Origin: Mobula hypostoma
Lineage: Eukaryota
Assembly: GCF_963921235.1 (NCBI RefSeq)
Contig: NC_086097.1
Location: 164,054,001-164,118,000 of the forward strand
Direction of reading: 5' to 3'
Length of the DNA stretch: 64,000 nucleotides
In this document: piece by piece, positions 52,064-63,108 of the stretch
Numbering within the stretch: the first letter of the stretch is position 1
Layout of the letters: each line of letters starts with the position of its first letter
The notes under the pieces: model-generated
What the model saw: only the letters and a program-made list of their open reading frames with translations
What the model was told of the DNA's origin: nothing
Database searches by the model: none
Position numbers and translations under genes: made by a program

Positions 52064-55000
52064 TTACATTAAATGAAAATATCGAATAAAAGGTCCCCAA
52101 ATCTGTTCAAATTTAAATGAAGAATCATAAAGGTTACTTCTAATTTTCTCCAGATTCAAACATAAAATCGTCTGAGAAAACCAAAAAAAGGTAGTTGGAG
52201 CATTAAGCTCTTTCCAATGTTGTAAAATACATCTTTTCGCCATTAAAGTAAGAAATGCAATCATTCTACGGGCTGAAGGGGAAAGATTACTAGAAATTTT
52301 AGGTAGTCCAAAGATAGCAGTAATAGGGTGAGGAGAGATATCTATATTTAATACCTTAGAAATAATATTGAAAATATCTCTCCAAAAAGTTTCCAAAGTA
52401 GGGCAAGACCAAAACATATGAGTTAAAGAGGCTATCTGCCCCGAACATCTATCACAGAAAGGATTAATATGCGAGTAAAAACGCGCTAACTTATCTTTGG
52501 ACATATGTGCTCTATGAACCACTTTAAATTGAATTAGGGAATGTTTAGCACAAATAGAGGAAGTATTAACTAATTGTAAAATCTGCCCCCAATCATCCAC
52601 AGAAATGGTAAGCCCCAATTCCTGTTCCCAATCTACCCTAATCTTATCAAATGGAGCTTTCCTAAGTTTCATAATAATATTATAAATCATAGCCGATGCA
52701 CCTTTCTGACATGGATTAAGGTTAATTATCGAATCTAAAATATATATAGGAGGAAGCATTGGAAAGGAAGAAAGTATAGTACTTAGGAAATTTCTAACTT
52801 GTAAATATCTAAAAAAATGTATTCTTGATAAGTTATATTTATTAGATAATTGTTCAAAAGACATAAGGGAACCATCTAAAAATAAATCCAAAAACCGTAA
52901 AATACCCTTAGTCTTCCAAGTTTGAAAAGCGCGATCCGTAAAAGAGGGAGGAAAAAATATGTTGCCTAAAATAGGAATCGCTAACCCGAATTGATTAAGA
53001 TCAAAAAATTTTCTGAATTGAAACCAAATGCGCAAAGCATATTTAACTATCGGGTTAGAGACCTGCTTAAGGCGTTTCGAATCAAAAGGAAGAGAGGAAC
53101 CTAAAATAGAACCAAGTGTATAACCCTGAACAGATTGTAATTCCAATGCTACCCATTTAGGAATAGATAGTATGTCCCGGTCAAGTAACCAAAATTTCAT
53201 ATGTCGAATATTAATAGCCCAATAATAAAATCTAAAGTTAGGTAATGCTAAACCTCCATCTCTCTTAGCTTTCTGTAAATGTATTTTACCCAGTCTCGGA
53301 TTCTTATTCTGCCAAATAAATGAAGAAATTTTAGAGTCAACTTTATCAAAAAAAGATTTAGGAACGAAAATTGGTAATGCCTGAAACACATATAAAAATT
53401 TTGGCAAAAAAAACATCTTAACTGCATTAATACGACCAATCAAAGTTAAATATAAGGGAAACCATTTAGATGAAAGTTGAGTAATATGGTCTATTAATGG
53501 TAAAAAGTTAGTCTTAAATAAATCTTTATGTTTACAAGTAATTTTAATCCCAAGATATGAAAAGTAATTATTAATCAATTTAAATGGAAATTTATAATAT
53601 AAGGGAAGATGTTTATTAATCGGAAAAAGTTCACTCTTACTAAGATTTAATTTATAACCTGAGAAAAGACCAAATTGTGCTAATAACTCTAAAACAGCAG
53701 GAATGGATCTCTCAGGATTAGAAATATATAAAAGTAAATCATCAGCATAGAGTGATAATTTATGGGACTTTAATCCCCGAGTTATCCCAGTAATATTTGA
53801 AGATTCTCGAATAGCAATTGCAAGAGGTTCTAATGCAATATCAAATAATAGGGGACTAAGAGGACAGCCTTGTCGAGTACCACGAAAGAGAGGAAAAAAA
53901 GGTGAGTTTAAGGAGTTAGTACGAACCGAGGCTACAGGGGAGTGATATAACAGTTTAATCCAGGATATAAATTTCAAGCTAAAATTAAACATTTCAAGCA
54001 CCTTAAATAAATAAGGCCATTCTACTCTATCAAAAGCTTTCTCGGCATCTAAAGAAATAACACACTCAGGAACATTTTGTGAGGGAGTATAAACGATATT
54101 TAACAATGTACGAATATTATAAAAAGAGTAACGACCTTTAATAAAACCCGTTTGGTCTTCCGAAATAATAGAAGGAAGTACTTTTTCTAGTCTATTTGCT
54201 AATAACTTAGAAAAAACTTTAGAATCAACATTTAATAAAGATATTGGTCTATAAGATGCACATTGAGCAGGGTCTTTATCCTTCTTTAGTATTAAAGAAA
54301 TTGATGCTCTATTAAAAGATTCCGGAAGTTTACCAAGTTTCAAAGAAGCCTCAAAAACCTTATAGAGCCAAGGAATCAATAAAGAAGCAAAACATTTATA
54401 AAATTCAACGGTAAACCCATCAGGGCCAGGAGCTTTCCCCAGATTCATAGAAAAAATAACATTCTTAATCTCATCCATTGTAATGGAAGTATCTAATAAA
54501 GAAGACATATCCTGTGAAATCTGAGGGAAGTCTAACTTATCTAAAAAATCATTCATATATTTAGAATCTCGAGACTCTGATTGATATAAAGAAGAATAAA
54601 AATCACAAAAGGTTTGATTAATCCCCACATGATCCAATATCAATCGATCATTTTGGTTATAAATCTGATTGATTTGAGATTTAACATAATTAGATTTCAA
54701 TTGATTAGCCAGCAGCTTGCCAATTTTATCACTGTGAACATAAAAATCACTTCTTGTTTTCTTTAATTGGTTTACAATCGAGGACGAGAGTAGTAAACTG
54801 TGTTCCATTTGAAGTTCAGTTCTTTGTTTGTATAGCTCCTCAGAAGGAGCCATAACATATTTCTTATCAATTTCTTTAATCTTGTCCACAATTGCCATCT
54901 CCTCCTGCTTCTGTTTCTTCCTCAAAGCAACGGAATACGAAATAATCTGACCCCGAATATAGGCTTTAAAAGTGTCCCAAAGAGTGTTAACCGAAATATC

Positions 55001-55837
55001 TTCTGTATGGTTAATTGTAAAAAAAAGCTCAATCTGTTCATTCATAAAATTAACAAAGTCCGAGTCCTGAAGCAACAGCGAATTAAAACGCCATTGTCTA
55101 TTGTTTGGTATATTGGCCATAATTTTAATAGAAAGCTTAAGTGGAGCATGATCCGAAATGGTTATAGAATCATAATCACATTTAATCACTGAAGGAATGA
55201 GACGAGAATCAATGAAAAAATAATCAATTCTTGAATAGGAATGATGAACATGTGAAAAGAAGGAAAAATCTTTTTCCTGAGGATGCAGAAAACGCCAAAT
55301 GTCCGTCGACCCAGAATCAGAAAGGAAAAAATTTATCAAATTTGCAGATTTATTAGGTAAAGTCCGTAAAGGAGCCGAACGGTCCAAAGCTGGAGATAAA
55401 CAGGTATTAAGATCTCCGCCCCAAATCAATGAAAACTCGTTCAAATTCGGAAACTGATCAAACAATGATTTATAAAATTCCGGACAATCCATATTAGGAG
55501 CATAAACATTAACCAAAACTACTTTTTTATTAAATAGTAAACCACTAACCAGTAAAAATCTACCATTCGGATCAGAGATAATATCCTGTTGTATAAAAGT
55601 AACTGAGGAGTCTATAAAAATAGAGACACCTCGAATCTTAGCATTGGAGTTCGAATGAAATTGTTGTCCCTTCCAGAATTTGAAAAAACGTAGTCTGTCC
55701 CCCCTCCGTACATGGGTCTCTTGTAAAAATAAAATTTGTGCTTTAAGTCTCCGGAACACTTTAAAAACTTTTTTCCTTTTAATAGGATGATTAAGACCAT
55801 TAGTATTCCAGGAGACAAAATTAATAATAGACTCCAT
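52064..55837 (-). CDS. L1 ORF2p (APE endonuclease, reverse transcriptase, CCHC), 1257 aa from first ATG
   Basis: EN: SWNTNGLN, LQETH, NVYAPN, GGDLN, SRIDY, SDHAP. RT: KAPGPDG, YRPISLLN, LDAEKAFDRV, RQGCPLSP, YADD. C-terminal CDRC-x8-H-x4-C. No stops. Confidence 0.96.
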   Translation of the reverse strand: MESIINFVSWNTNGLNHPIKRKKVFKVFRRLKAQILFLQETHVRRGDRLRFFKFWKGQQFHSNSNAKIRGVSIFIDSSVTFIQQDIISDPNGRFLLVSGLLFNKKVVLVNVYAPNMDCPEFYKSLFDQFPNLNEFSLIWGGDLNTCLSPALDRSAPLRTLPNKSANLINFFLSDSGSTDIWRFLHPQEKDFSFFSHVHHSYSRIDYFFIDSRLIPSVIKCDYDSITISDHAPLKLSIKIMANIPNNRQWRFNSLLLQDSDFVNFMNEQIELFFTINHTEDISVNTLWDTFKAYIRGQIISYSVALRKKQKQEEMAIVDKIKEIDKKYVMAPSEELYKQRTELQMEHSLLLSSSIVNQLKKTRSDFYVHSDKIGKLLANQLKSNYVKSQINQIYNQNDRLILDHVGINQTFCDFYSSLYQSESRDSKYMNDFLDKLDFPQISQDMSSLLDTSITMDEIKNVIFSMNLGKAPGPDGFTVEFYKCFASLLIPWLYKVFEASLKLGKLPESFNRASISLILKKDKDPAQCASYRPISLLNVDSKVFSKLLANRLEKVLPSIISEDQTGFIKGRYSFYNIRTLLNIVYTPSQNVPECVISLDAEKAFDRVEWPYLFKVLEMFNFSLKFISWIKLLYHSPVASVRTNSLNSPFFPLFRGTRQGCPLSPLLFDIALEPLAIAIRESSNITGITRGLKSHKLSLYADDLLLYISNPERSIPAVLELLAQFGLFSGYKLNLSKSELFPINKHLPLYYKFPFKLINNYFSYLGIKITCKHKDLFKTNFLPLIDHITQLSSKWFPLYLTLIGRINAVKMFFLPKFLYVFQALPIFVPKSFFDKVDSKISSFIWQNKNPRLGKIHLQKAKRDGGLALPNFRFYYWAINIRHMKFWLLDRDILSIPKWVALELQSVQGYTLGSILGSSLPFDSKRLKQVSNPIVKYALRIWFQFRKFFDLNQFGLAIPILGNIFFPPSFTDRAFQTWKTKGILRFLDLFLDGSLMSFEQLSNKYNLSRIHFFRYLQVRNFLSTILSSFPMLPPIYILDSIINLNPCQKGASAMIYNIIMKLRKAPFDKIRVDWEQELGLTISVDDWGQILQLVNTSSICAKHSLIQFKVVHRAHMSKDKLARFYSHINPFCDRCSGQIASLTHMFWSCPTLETFWRDIFNIISKVLNIDISPHPITAIFGLPKISSNLSPSARRMIAFLTLMAKRCILQHWKELNAPTTFFWFSQTILCLNLEKIRSNLYDSSFKFEQIWGPFIRYFHLM

Positions 55838-56561
55838 AAATCCTAAAGTCAACCCATAACAAGGAGGATTGACAATAGGCGCGACCCACAAACCCGGAGA
55901 GGAAACAGAACATACAAAAGATACCGGGGAAAAGGACGCAACCAATACTTCAATAATGTATATAGCCCAAAGAGAAACAAACTAAAACGTGAAGCCCCTC
56001 CCACCACCCCCCACCCCAAGACCCCAAGGCGAAATCTAAAGCAGACCCGCCAGAAAGAAGCAAGCGCTAAAACTACCCCCATGACTTCCGGTATACGCTC
56101 CCTAAAAAAAAGGTATAAATATGAAAAGGGTCAGCTAATTGTAAAACAGTAAAAAAATAAGTAAAAAAAAGTTAGCTCAATTAAAATACACACAGAACAG
56201 AACAAAAGCCGGAAAGTATATATTAAAAAAAAACCACAATAAACCTCAAACTCATGAATAGACACAGCAACAGAAAAAAAATAGGATTATTAACATAAAA
56301 TGATTATAAAAAGCAAAACAGAATAAAATTTAAAAAAAAACTACAAAATTTAAGGCCGCACAGGAAATACGTAAGATGACAAAAGGGAAGTAACCACTCA
56401 GAATCCCCTGGGAAAAGAAAGAAATGACGCAGTTAAAAAGAAAGTTTAGCAGCCATATTAAGAAATCGAAAGTAAACTTTTCTGCCCAAATAGGGCACAG
56501 AAAAGTTAAAACCAACCAATTCACAGCCTCCGATCAACGGAGAAAATTTAAAAAAAGGCAA

Positions 56562-57443
56562 TTAAGATGTTGAAGATGAAAGTTGATCCAGATAACTCTG
56601 GGCATCCGATGGAGAATCAAAAAAACGAAGGGCTCCATCTAACATGCGAATCCTTAGACGTGCAGGGTACAGCAGCGCTGGTCTTAAATCCATCTTATAG
56701 AATTCCGACATCACGGATCTGTAACGGACCCGTTGGTCCCAGATTGGTTTACTGAAATCTTCCACGAATCGGAACTTAAGATCCGAAAAATCAATGAAAC
56801 CTTTAGATCGAGCGAATCGAAACAGTCTCTCCTTGTCTTGAAAGTAATGAAAACGTAAGATAACATGCCTCGGTCTATCTGACCTAGACGAGTATGATGG
56901 GATTCTGTGAACACGATCCAGTAACGGTGGTTGGTCAGGAAATACAGTAGGGAATGCATCTTTTAAAAGTTGGGAGAAATATTTCATAGGGTTGTTAGCT
57001 TCCACGGCTTCCCTGACGCCAATCATTCGTAAATTCTGCCGTCGCATTCTAGATTCCAAGTCAGAGTTTTTAAAAGTCAAAAAGTCAAGTTTCTTCTTCA
57101 TTACATTAATTGTTTCTTCGACTTTCCCCATCTTAAGCTCACTTTGTTGCGCGGATTTTTGAAGATCAGATATAGCCGACTGATGTTCCGCAATACATGT
57201 TTGCATCTTATCAATTAAATCGGCAATTTTCTGGAACTTAGTTGAGATTTCCGTATGAATCAGGTCTTTAACAAAGCCCATAATTTCTGTACGAATCATC
57301 TCCCTAACAGAGGTTGAAATTTCCCTCTGAATTAACTCCGATATCGCTTTCAAAGTCACCGGTGATTCAGTCGGAGGGAGATCCGTAGCTTTCGGTTTAA
57401 CCGGAGGTTTACCATCCTTGCCGTCTTTCCCGTTCTTAGACAT
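56562..57443 (-). CDS. L1 ORF1p (coiled coil, RRM, C-terminal domain), 293 aa from ATG 57443; upstream in-frame ATG at 57470
   Basis: Open frame with heptad-rich region, then RRQNLRMIGVRE, LDRVHR, PRHVILRF and LYPARLRI motifs typical of L1 ORF1. Confidence 0.9.
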   Translation of the reverse strand: MSKNGKDGKDGKPPVKPKATDLPPTESPVTLKAISELIQREISTSVREMIRTEIMGFVKDLIHTEISTKFQKIADLIDKMQTCIAEHQSAISDLQKSAQQSELKMGKVEETINVMKKKLDFLTFKNSDLESRMRRQNLRMIGVREAVEANNPMKYFSQLLKDAFPTVFPDQPPLLDRVHRIPSYSSRSDRPRHVILRFHYFQDKERLFRFARSKGFIDFSDLKFRFVEDFSKPIWDQRVRYRSVMSEFYKMDLRPALLYPARLRIRMLDGALRFFDSPSDAQSYLDQLSSSTS

Positions 57444-59035
57444 AGCCGATATTAAAGTATAGCTGACCATAGAGAGAAAAAACTCAGAGGTAATGGAGCG
57501 AGTCAAGAACGCGACTTCACTCCATGAGCGCTACCGGAAGTCTCCGTGAAGCTCTTAAGTACGTTTGTATATCAGTTCTATGGTGAAAGATGTGCTGAAC
57601 AAAGTTGTCATTTTAAATTTGAATGAGGATAGGTTTGAAGGTTTACTAGCGGCTGTATCCACTCTTCTAAAACTGATTCTTCAGGGTAATATTCAGAGTC
57701 CAGATAAGAAATTAAAACCTCAAGAACAAAATAACTTGATTTTTTGCCATTAATGATGGTGTAACACAGCCTGGACTGAAGATTAGAATAGCAGTTACAT
57801 GATGAACATATGAGCAGGAGCAACCCATTCTGTGTTCATCCCTAAATCCTTTCTTCATGCGTAATCAGATCATCTCCCATTTGCTCACTTTGGTTCCACC
57901 CTCCCAAGCACCTTTCCCTGAACAAAAGGAATCAAATCCCAGTTTTACTCTTTCCAATTGACCCTAACTCCCACAGAGGAAAGGAGTCTAGGTTTTCCTT
58001 CTGCTCCATCACTGGAAGCTTCCATCCAGATTTTGATGACCAAGAGTCAGTGTAGAAGTTCACTTTAATAATAATTACAGAATTATCATAAACCCAAAAA
58101 TGCTAAAAGCACAAAGATGAAACAAATGTGTGGAAAGGTGAATTAAATTAGCATTTCCGAGTTATGGTCAGAAAGAAATTAAGTTAATCAACTTTTTCTC
58201 TCTCCACCTGTCCTTCCTCATCCATTGAACTTTTATTTCTGTTTTCCACATTATTTTGATGTTTTTGTTGATAAAATCAATAAATTGAAGTGAATTTGTA
58301 TCTATAATGCTACTTTATTCTTAGGTTTCTGGACATCTAGAAGTTCATCTTCAGTCACTAGTCCTAAGAGTGTGAGGGATATTGGCTGTTTTGGTCATCA
58401 CCTCCACACGTTGACTTCTTTTGAAGTCTCTGGTACACCAATTGTAGAGACAAATAACAGACAGCTAATAATTTCACACAGAAATCAATGGCAGTCACTA
58501 AACACAAATTCCTCCCCTAGGCACAGAAAGCTACCTCTGTGTCATTTTTCTGTCCTGTCCATTCTTCAAGAAGTTCACACAATCGTAATTTAGTGACTCC
58601 CACTCAGACCAGGAAATGTGCATAGAGTGTCTGCCTTCTCTTGCTTACTGCCTGAGGTCACCCCCCACCTGTTGTAAATTTGGAAAGTGATTTCCCACAT
58701 TGATTCTGCCTACCTTAATATATTTTTAGAAATACAGATGACAAAACAAACTCCTGATTATGAATCAAATGCTGTTCGGTGCCAACCACTGACAGACTAT
58801 TTTAACAGAAACTAATTGGGCTTCCCAAATCCACCTATCCGAGTTTTGTGTTAAATGGAGTCCTGCTTAATATTTCTGCAGCTGTGAATATCATTGAAAA
58901 TTCAGATTCAGCTACTGTATACTTAGTGGCATTAATGAGATGACTCTCAGTATTTAATCCAGATCTCTCACTCCGTCACTGCCCCATGTTAGACCTACAA
59001 CTTTATTCCCACCTCGCTGTTTACCATATACCATT

Positions 59036-59570
59036 CATAGAACATAGAAAAGTATAGAACAAAGACAGGACTTCTGGCCCAAGATGTCTGCACTAAACGC
59101 AAAGTCAAATTAAACTATATCTCATCTGCCTATACTCAATCCATATTCCTCCATTCCTTGTATGTTCAGGGGTCTAACTAACGGCCTCTTAAATGCCACT
59201 ATTCTGCATCCTCCACAAACCCTGATAGTCCATTTCAGAGATTTACCACTCTCTGTCAATGTAAAAAAAACTTGATTCATGCATCTCCCTTAAACTTTCC
59301 CCTGCTCACCTTAAATCCATGTCCTCTAGTACATGACATTTCTATCCGAGGAAAAGAATTAGATATTCTACTCATTCCAAAACTCTCATAAATTTATAAA
59401 TCCCTCTGCCTCAAACAATCTGGAGAAAGGAACGCAGGTGAGTCCAGTCTCTCCTTATAGCTCATGCCCTCTAAACCAAGAGGATTCTTCTGCATCCTCA
59501 ATAAGCTTCAACATTCTTATTGCAATAGGGGTAACTAGAATTGCAACATTCCAAACTGCTGCCTGAACAA
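59036..59570 (-). mobile_element. CR1 3' fragment
   Basis: Similar to 14311-14900; catagaacatagaa tail. Confidence 0.7.
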
Positions 59571-60289
59571 ATATTTCAAAGAAGGATATGTAAGTTATTA
59601 AGTTTCCAGAGTCTTTTTTTCAGAAAATTAGGATAAATACATTTTGAATCTGCTGTCATGCTTATGTACCTTCACTTAAGCTTCAACCACCACCACCTTT
59701 TGATATATTTTATTAGGAAGGAATTAATTTAGATTTTCTTTTAATTCATTAATATTTGCTTTTCTTTTCCTTTCATTCCATCCTTTCCCACCTGCTAAAT
59801 CCTTCAACCATCTCACCTGGCAGAAGAAGCTCTCAGTCCTACACTTACTACCTGTAAGTAACTGCTTTGATACTGAACTGCTCCATGCTTTTATCCATTC
59901 TTTATCATGCAAAACATTTGTTTCACTCACATTTTTGTTTTCCAGATTTGCTATCTGATTTTGGTTGTAATTGTATTAATGTACAATCTAAGATTAGAAT
60001 GCAAAGCAGCAAACCATGATGGAATGTTTTGAACTAATATTTTTGTCAAATTTTGCAGAACTGTTGGTGTTAATTAAGGAAATGCAACAAAAAAACTTGC
60101 TGATATTGTAAATCTGAAAGAAGATCAGAAAATGCTGGAAATAGTCAGCAGGTCAGTCAGTGTCCTTGAAGGGAGAAACGCATATTTCAGGTCAAGGGCC
60201 CTTCATCAAAACTGGTTTCTCATCATAGAGGAAGTTACAGAAAAGAGCAGCACTGAAAAACAGGCCCGTCAGCCCATTGAGCCTATGTT

Positions 60290-60577
60290 AAGTAACAGCC
60301 ATCCACTTACATTAGTCCTACATTAATCTTGTCTTTATTCTCCCCACATTCCTCTCTAACTCTCTCTGAACTCTAGTATTCACTTTCACGAGGGGCAATT
60401 TTCAGCAGACAATTAACCAACCAAATATGGGTGGGGGTGGTTGGGGTGGAAACCAGAGGACCCCAAGGAAACTTGCACATCACAGGGAGGACTTACCAGC
60501 TCTACACGGGATTGAAGAGGTCAGGATTGAACCCAGGTGTCTGGTGCTGTGAGGCAGCAGCTCTACCACATGAGCCA
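60290..60577 (-). mobile_element. tRNA-derived SINE (HE1/V-SINE-like)
   Basis: Minus strand TGGCTCATGTGG (A-box)...GGTTCAATCC (B-box), then a non-tRNA body. Confidence 0.65.
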
Positions 60578-60861
60578 TGGCCAACTCTAGGTGTATTCAA
60601 TGAACTTTCTAATGAAGGAGTTCTTGACCTGAAAACCCTGCTGTTTCTCCCCTTGTGGATCCTGCCTGATCTGCTGGGTACTTCCGTTGTTTCTTATTCT
60701 TTGCATTAATTATTAATGTTGTTGAACTTGCATGGTTTTAGCAGAGAGATCTGTTGCTTTCTCGTTTTATGTGTAAGTATTTCATTATCAAACTGAGTCA
60801 TCAATCTGAAATTATGAGCCTTAATTGTAGTTCTCACTGTATCGGTGTATTGATGTCAAGA

Positions 60862-61145
60862 TCAAAGTCCAATTCAAGTTCATTGTCGTGTGTACAAACA
60901 CATGTTGGCACAGGTGCAATGAAAAAAGTCACTTGCAGCAGCATCACAGATACTGTGATTACAATATCAGCTAAGCAGCATTTACAAGACAAATATATAT
61001 ATATAAAATATATTTTACAGAAAGAACACAATTAGGACAGAATGACAAATTCCATTGCAGTACAAAATTATCGAAGTGGTCTTGGTATTGCTGTAATGGC
61101 GTTGTGTAATTTGGTTCCAAAGGCAAATGGTTGAAGGGAAGTGCT
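60862..61145 (-). mobile_element. LINE 3' UTR fragment (Rex/Babar-like)
   Basis: ggttgaagggaag and caagttcattgtc pattern resembles the other family 3' ends. Confidence 0.45.
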
Positions 61146-62883
61146 ACCGATAGGGTTTCTGCATGGATGATGAACGAGCACAGGGTGTGGGGCTCAACCA
61201 CATTACTCTCGCTATCTACCTATTGTCAGGACTCTCTCTTAAAGATGATACAGACAGGTTAGTGAATCTTCAACTTGAGAAAAATAAAACTGGAAAACAA
61301 AAGGAAACCTGGAGTTTCATTTTGAATGAAATATACAACAAGACAGGTTACCTGCGACCTATCCAATGACCAAAAAGAGAGTGTCAAGGGTGTGTTGAAA
61401 AGCGCTATTTTTACTTTATGAATAAGGGAAGATTATCACTACATAGAGAAAGTCATTCACAGTGTAACCACATAGCAACAATGCAGGGGAAATGAAGCAC
61501 TGAAAAGGGGAAAGAAGGGAAAGTGATTGCAAGTGGTTTACTAACTATTCACTTTCATAAACAAATGATTAAATAGGCCTTTCTGGATGAGAATATTCTT
61601 TTTGCAAAGGATTAGTGTAGGGAAATGTTCCTAAGATAGACAAGAGCGAGCAGGTAGTGTTAAGCAGCTACAGATTCAGCATTAAAGTCTTGCCTTCTTA
61701 ATGGAATCAAACTTGGAGCCTATCAGTGAACACAAATAAAAAAAAGCACCAAAGGCACACTTGTGGTGATTTGAAGTGAGAATTCGGAAGCTGGTGTTGT
61801 TGCTGGGATCCATTTTGTTGTTATAGAGTAGGAATAAAGTGCAGTCAGGTTTTTTTGTTGTCTTTATTTTTCTTGCTTGATTTGAGAAGGAAATTAAAGC
61901 AATATTTTCTTTTTAAAATTGTAGCACACTTGACATATCATCAGATACCCTGGAGTCCACTATGAGGTTTTTGCCAGTAATAAAACATACCTCACAACAA
62001 ATGAGATTTTGATGCCACTAATAACTCTGCAGTGAAATGGCACCATTGCTTAACACAACCAGTTTGATGGTGTGAATAGATATTATAGATCTGTGGATGG
62101 GAAGGAGATAATGAAGTTGTTTTGTTTCTTCAACTATATTTTAAGTTTGTTTACTGCAGTATGCATACTCTTCCTAGCTGAATAAATAGTGCAATTGATC
62201 CTCTAAGCTTATAGAAGAGCACTATGAAATGAAATATTTGTTACCTTTTCCCAATGTTAACAGTGTTAATAGTCAGGACCATGGCCACAAATAGAATATG
62301 CTGCAATAGGTTTGAATGAAATATTGATAGTTAAGCAAAAGTAGATTAATTGTGTGACATAAGTTATTAATTGTATTCACAAGCAAACCAACACAATAAT
62401 GGGAGTGGGTTGGATATAGCAGCAGTGGGTAATCTTCCCAAATAGACTGCAAGCCCCGTATAAACTCAAGGTTTACTCATTGAACTCAATCCCAACTTGA
62501 TTTTCATTCAAATAGGAATTGCAAACCACCAGATCACCCTGCCCTCTCCTTCCCCCATATCATACCGATGAAAATTACCCCATAATGTGCTCATTGGATA
62601 TCTCAGAGTCTGCTGATTTCATTGTAATTTTCATAATGGTTTGAGATGAATACATGTGCTTTTGCAAAGGTGGAAAGTAACTTCTTCCTCTGGTAGGAGA
62701 AACTTAAATTAGGAGCATAGCCATTCAGGACAGGTGTCAGGAAACACTTCTTCACAGGGTAGTGGCAATCCAGTAATCTTTCCACAGTGGCAGTGAGGCA
62801 CTATTAATTGGAAATATTTAAGCTGCATTTGATAAGGATGTTAAGAGGTACAGAACGAAATCTAGTGGATAAGGTTAAAAGGC

Positions 62884-63108
62884 ACGCACAAAATGCTGGA
62901 GAAACTCAGCAAGTCAGGCAGTATCTATGGAGAGGAATTCACAGTTGACATTTCGGGCTGAGACCCTTCATGAGTCCTGATGAAGCATCTCGGCCCAAAA
63001 CATTGACTGTTAATTCCTCTCCATCGATGCTGCCTGACCTGTGGAGATCCTCCAGCATTTTGTGCGTATTACTCTTCATTTCCAGCATGTGCACAATCTC
63101 TTGTGTTT
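62884..63108. mobile_element. Fold-back mini-element with back-to-back hammerhead remnants
   Basis: Arms of about 85 bp (acgcacaaaatgctggag.../...ctccagcattttgtgcgt) centred near 62973; CTGATGA at 62977-62983. Confidence 0.85.

Larger units (their letters stand above)
51706..57545 (-). mobile_element. Full-length L1-clade LINE, about 5.84 kb
   Basis: Perfect direct repeat GTGAAGCTCTT at 51695-51705 and 57546-57556. 5' end GGAGACTTCCGGTAGCGCTCATGG; two open ORFs; 3' AATAAA followed by an A/AAAG-rich tail. Confidence 0.96.

Noticed and set aside
55838..55945. 36-aa N-terminal extension of L1 ORF2
   Set aside because: Begins at a non-ATG codon; endonuclease homology starts just after ATG 55837.
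60500..60577. tRNA gene
   Set aside because: A/B boxes only, followed by a SINE body; no convincing cloverleaf.
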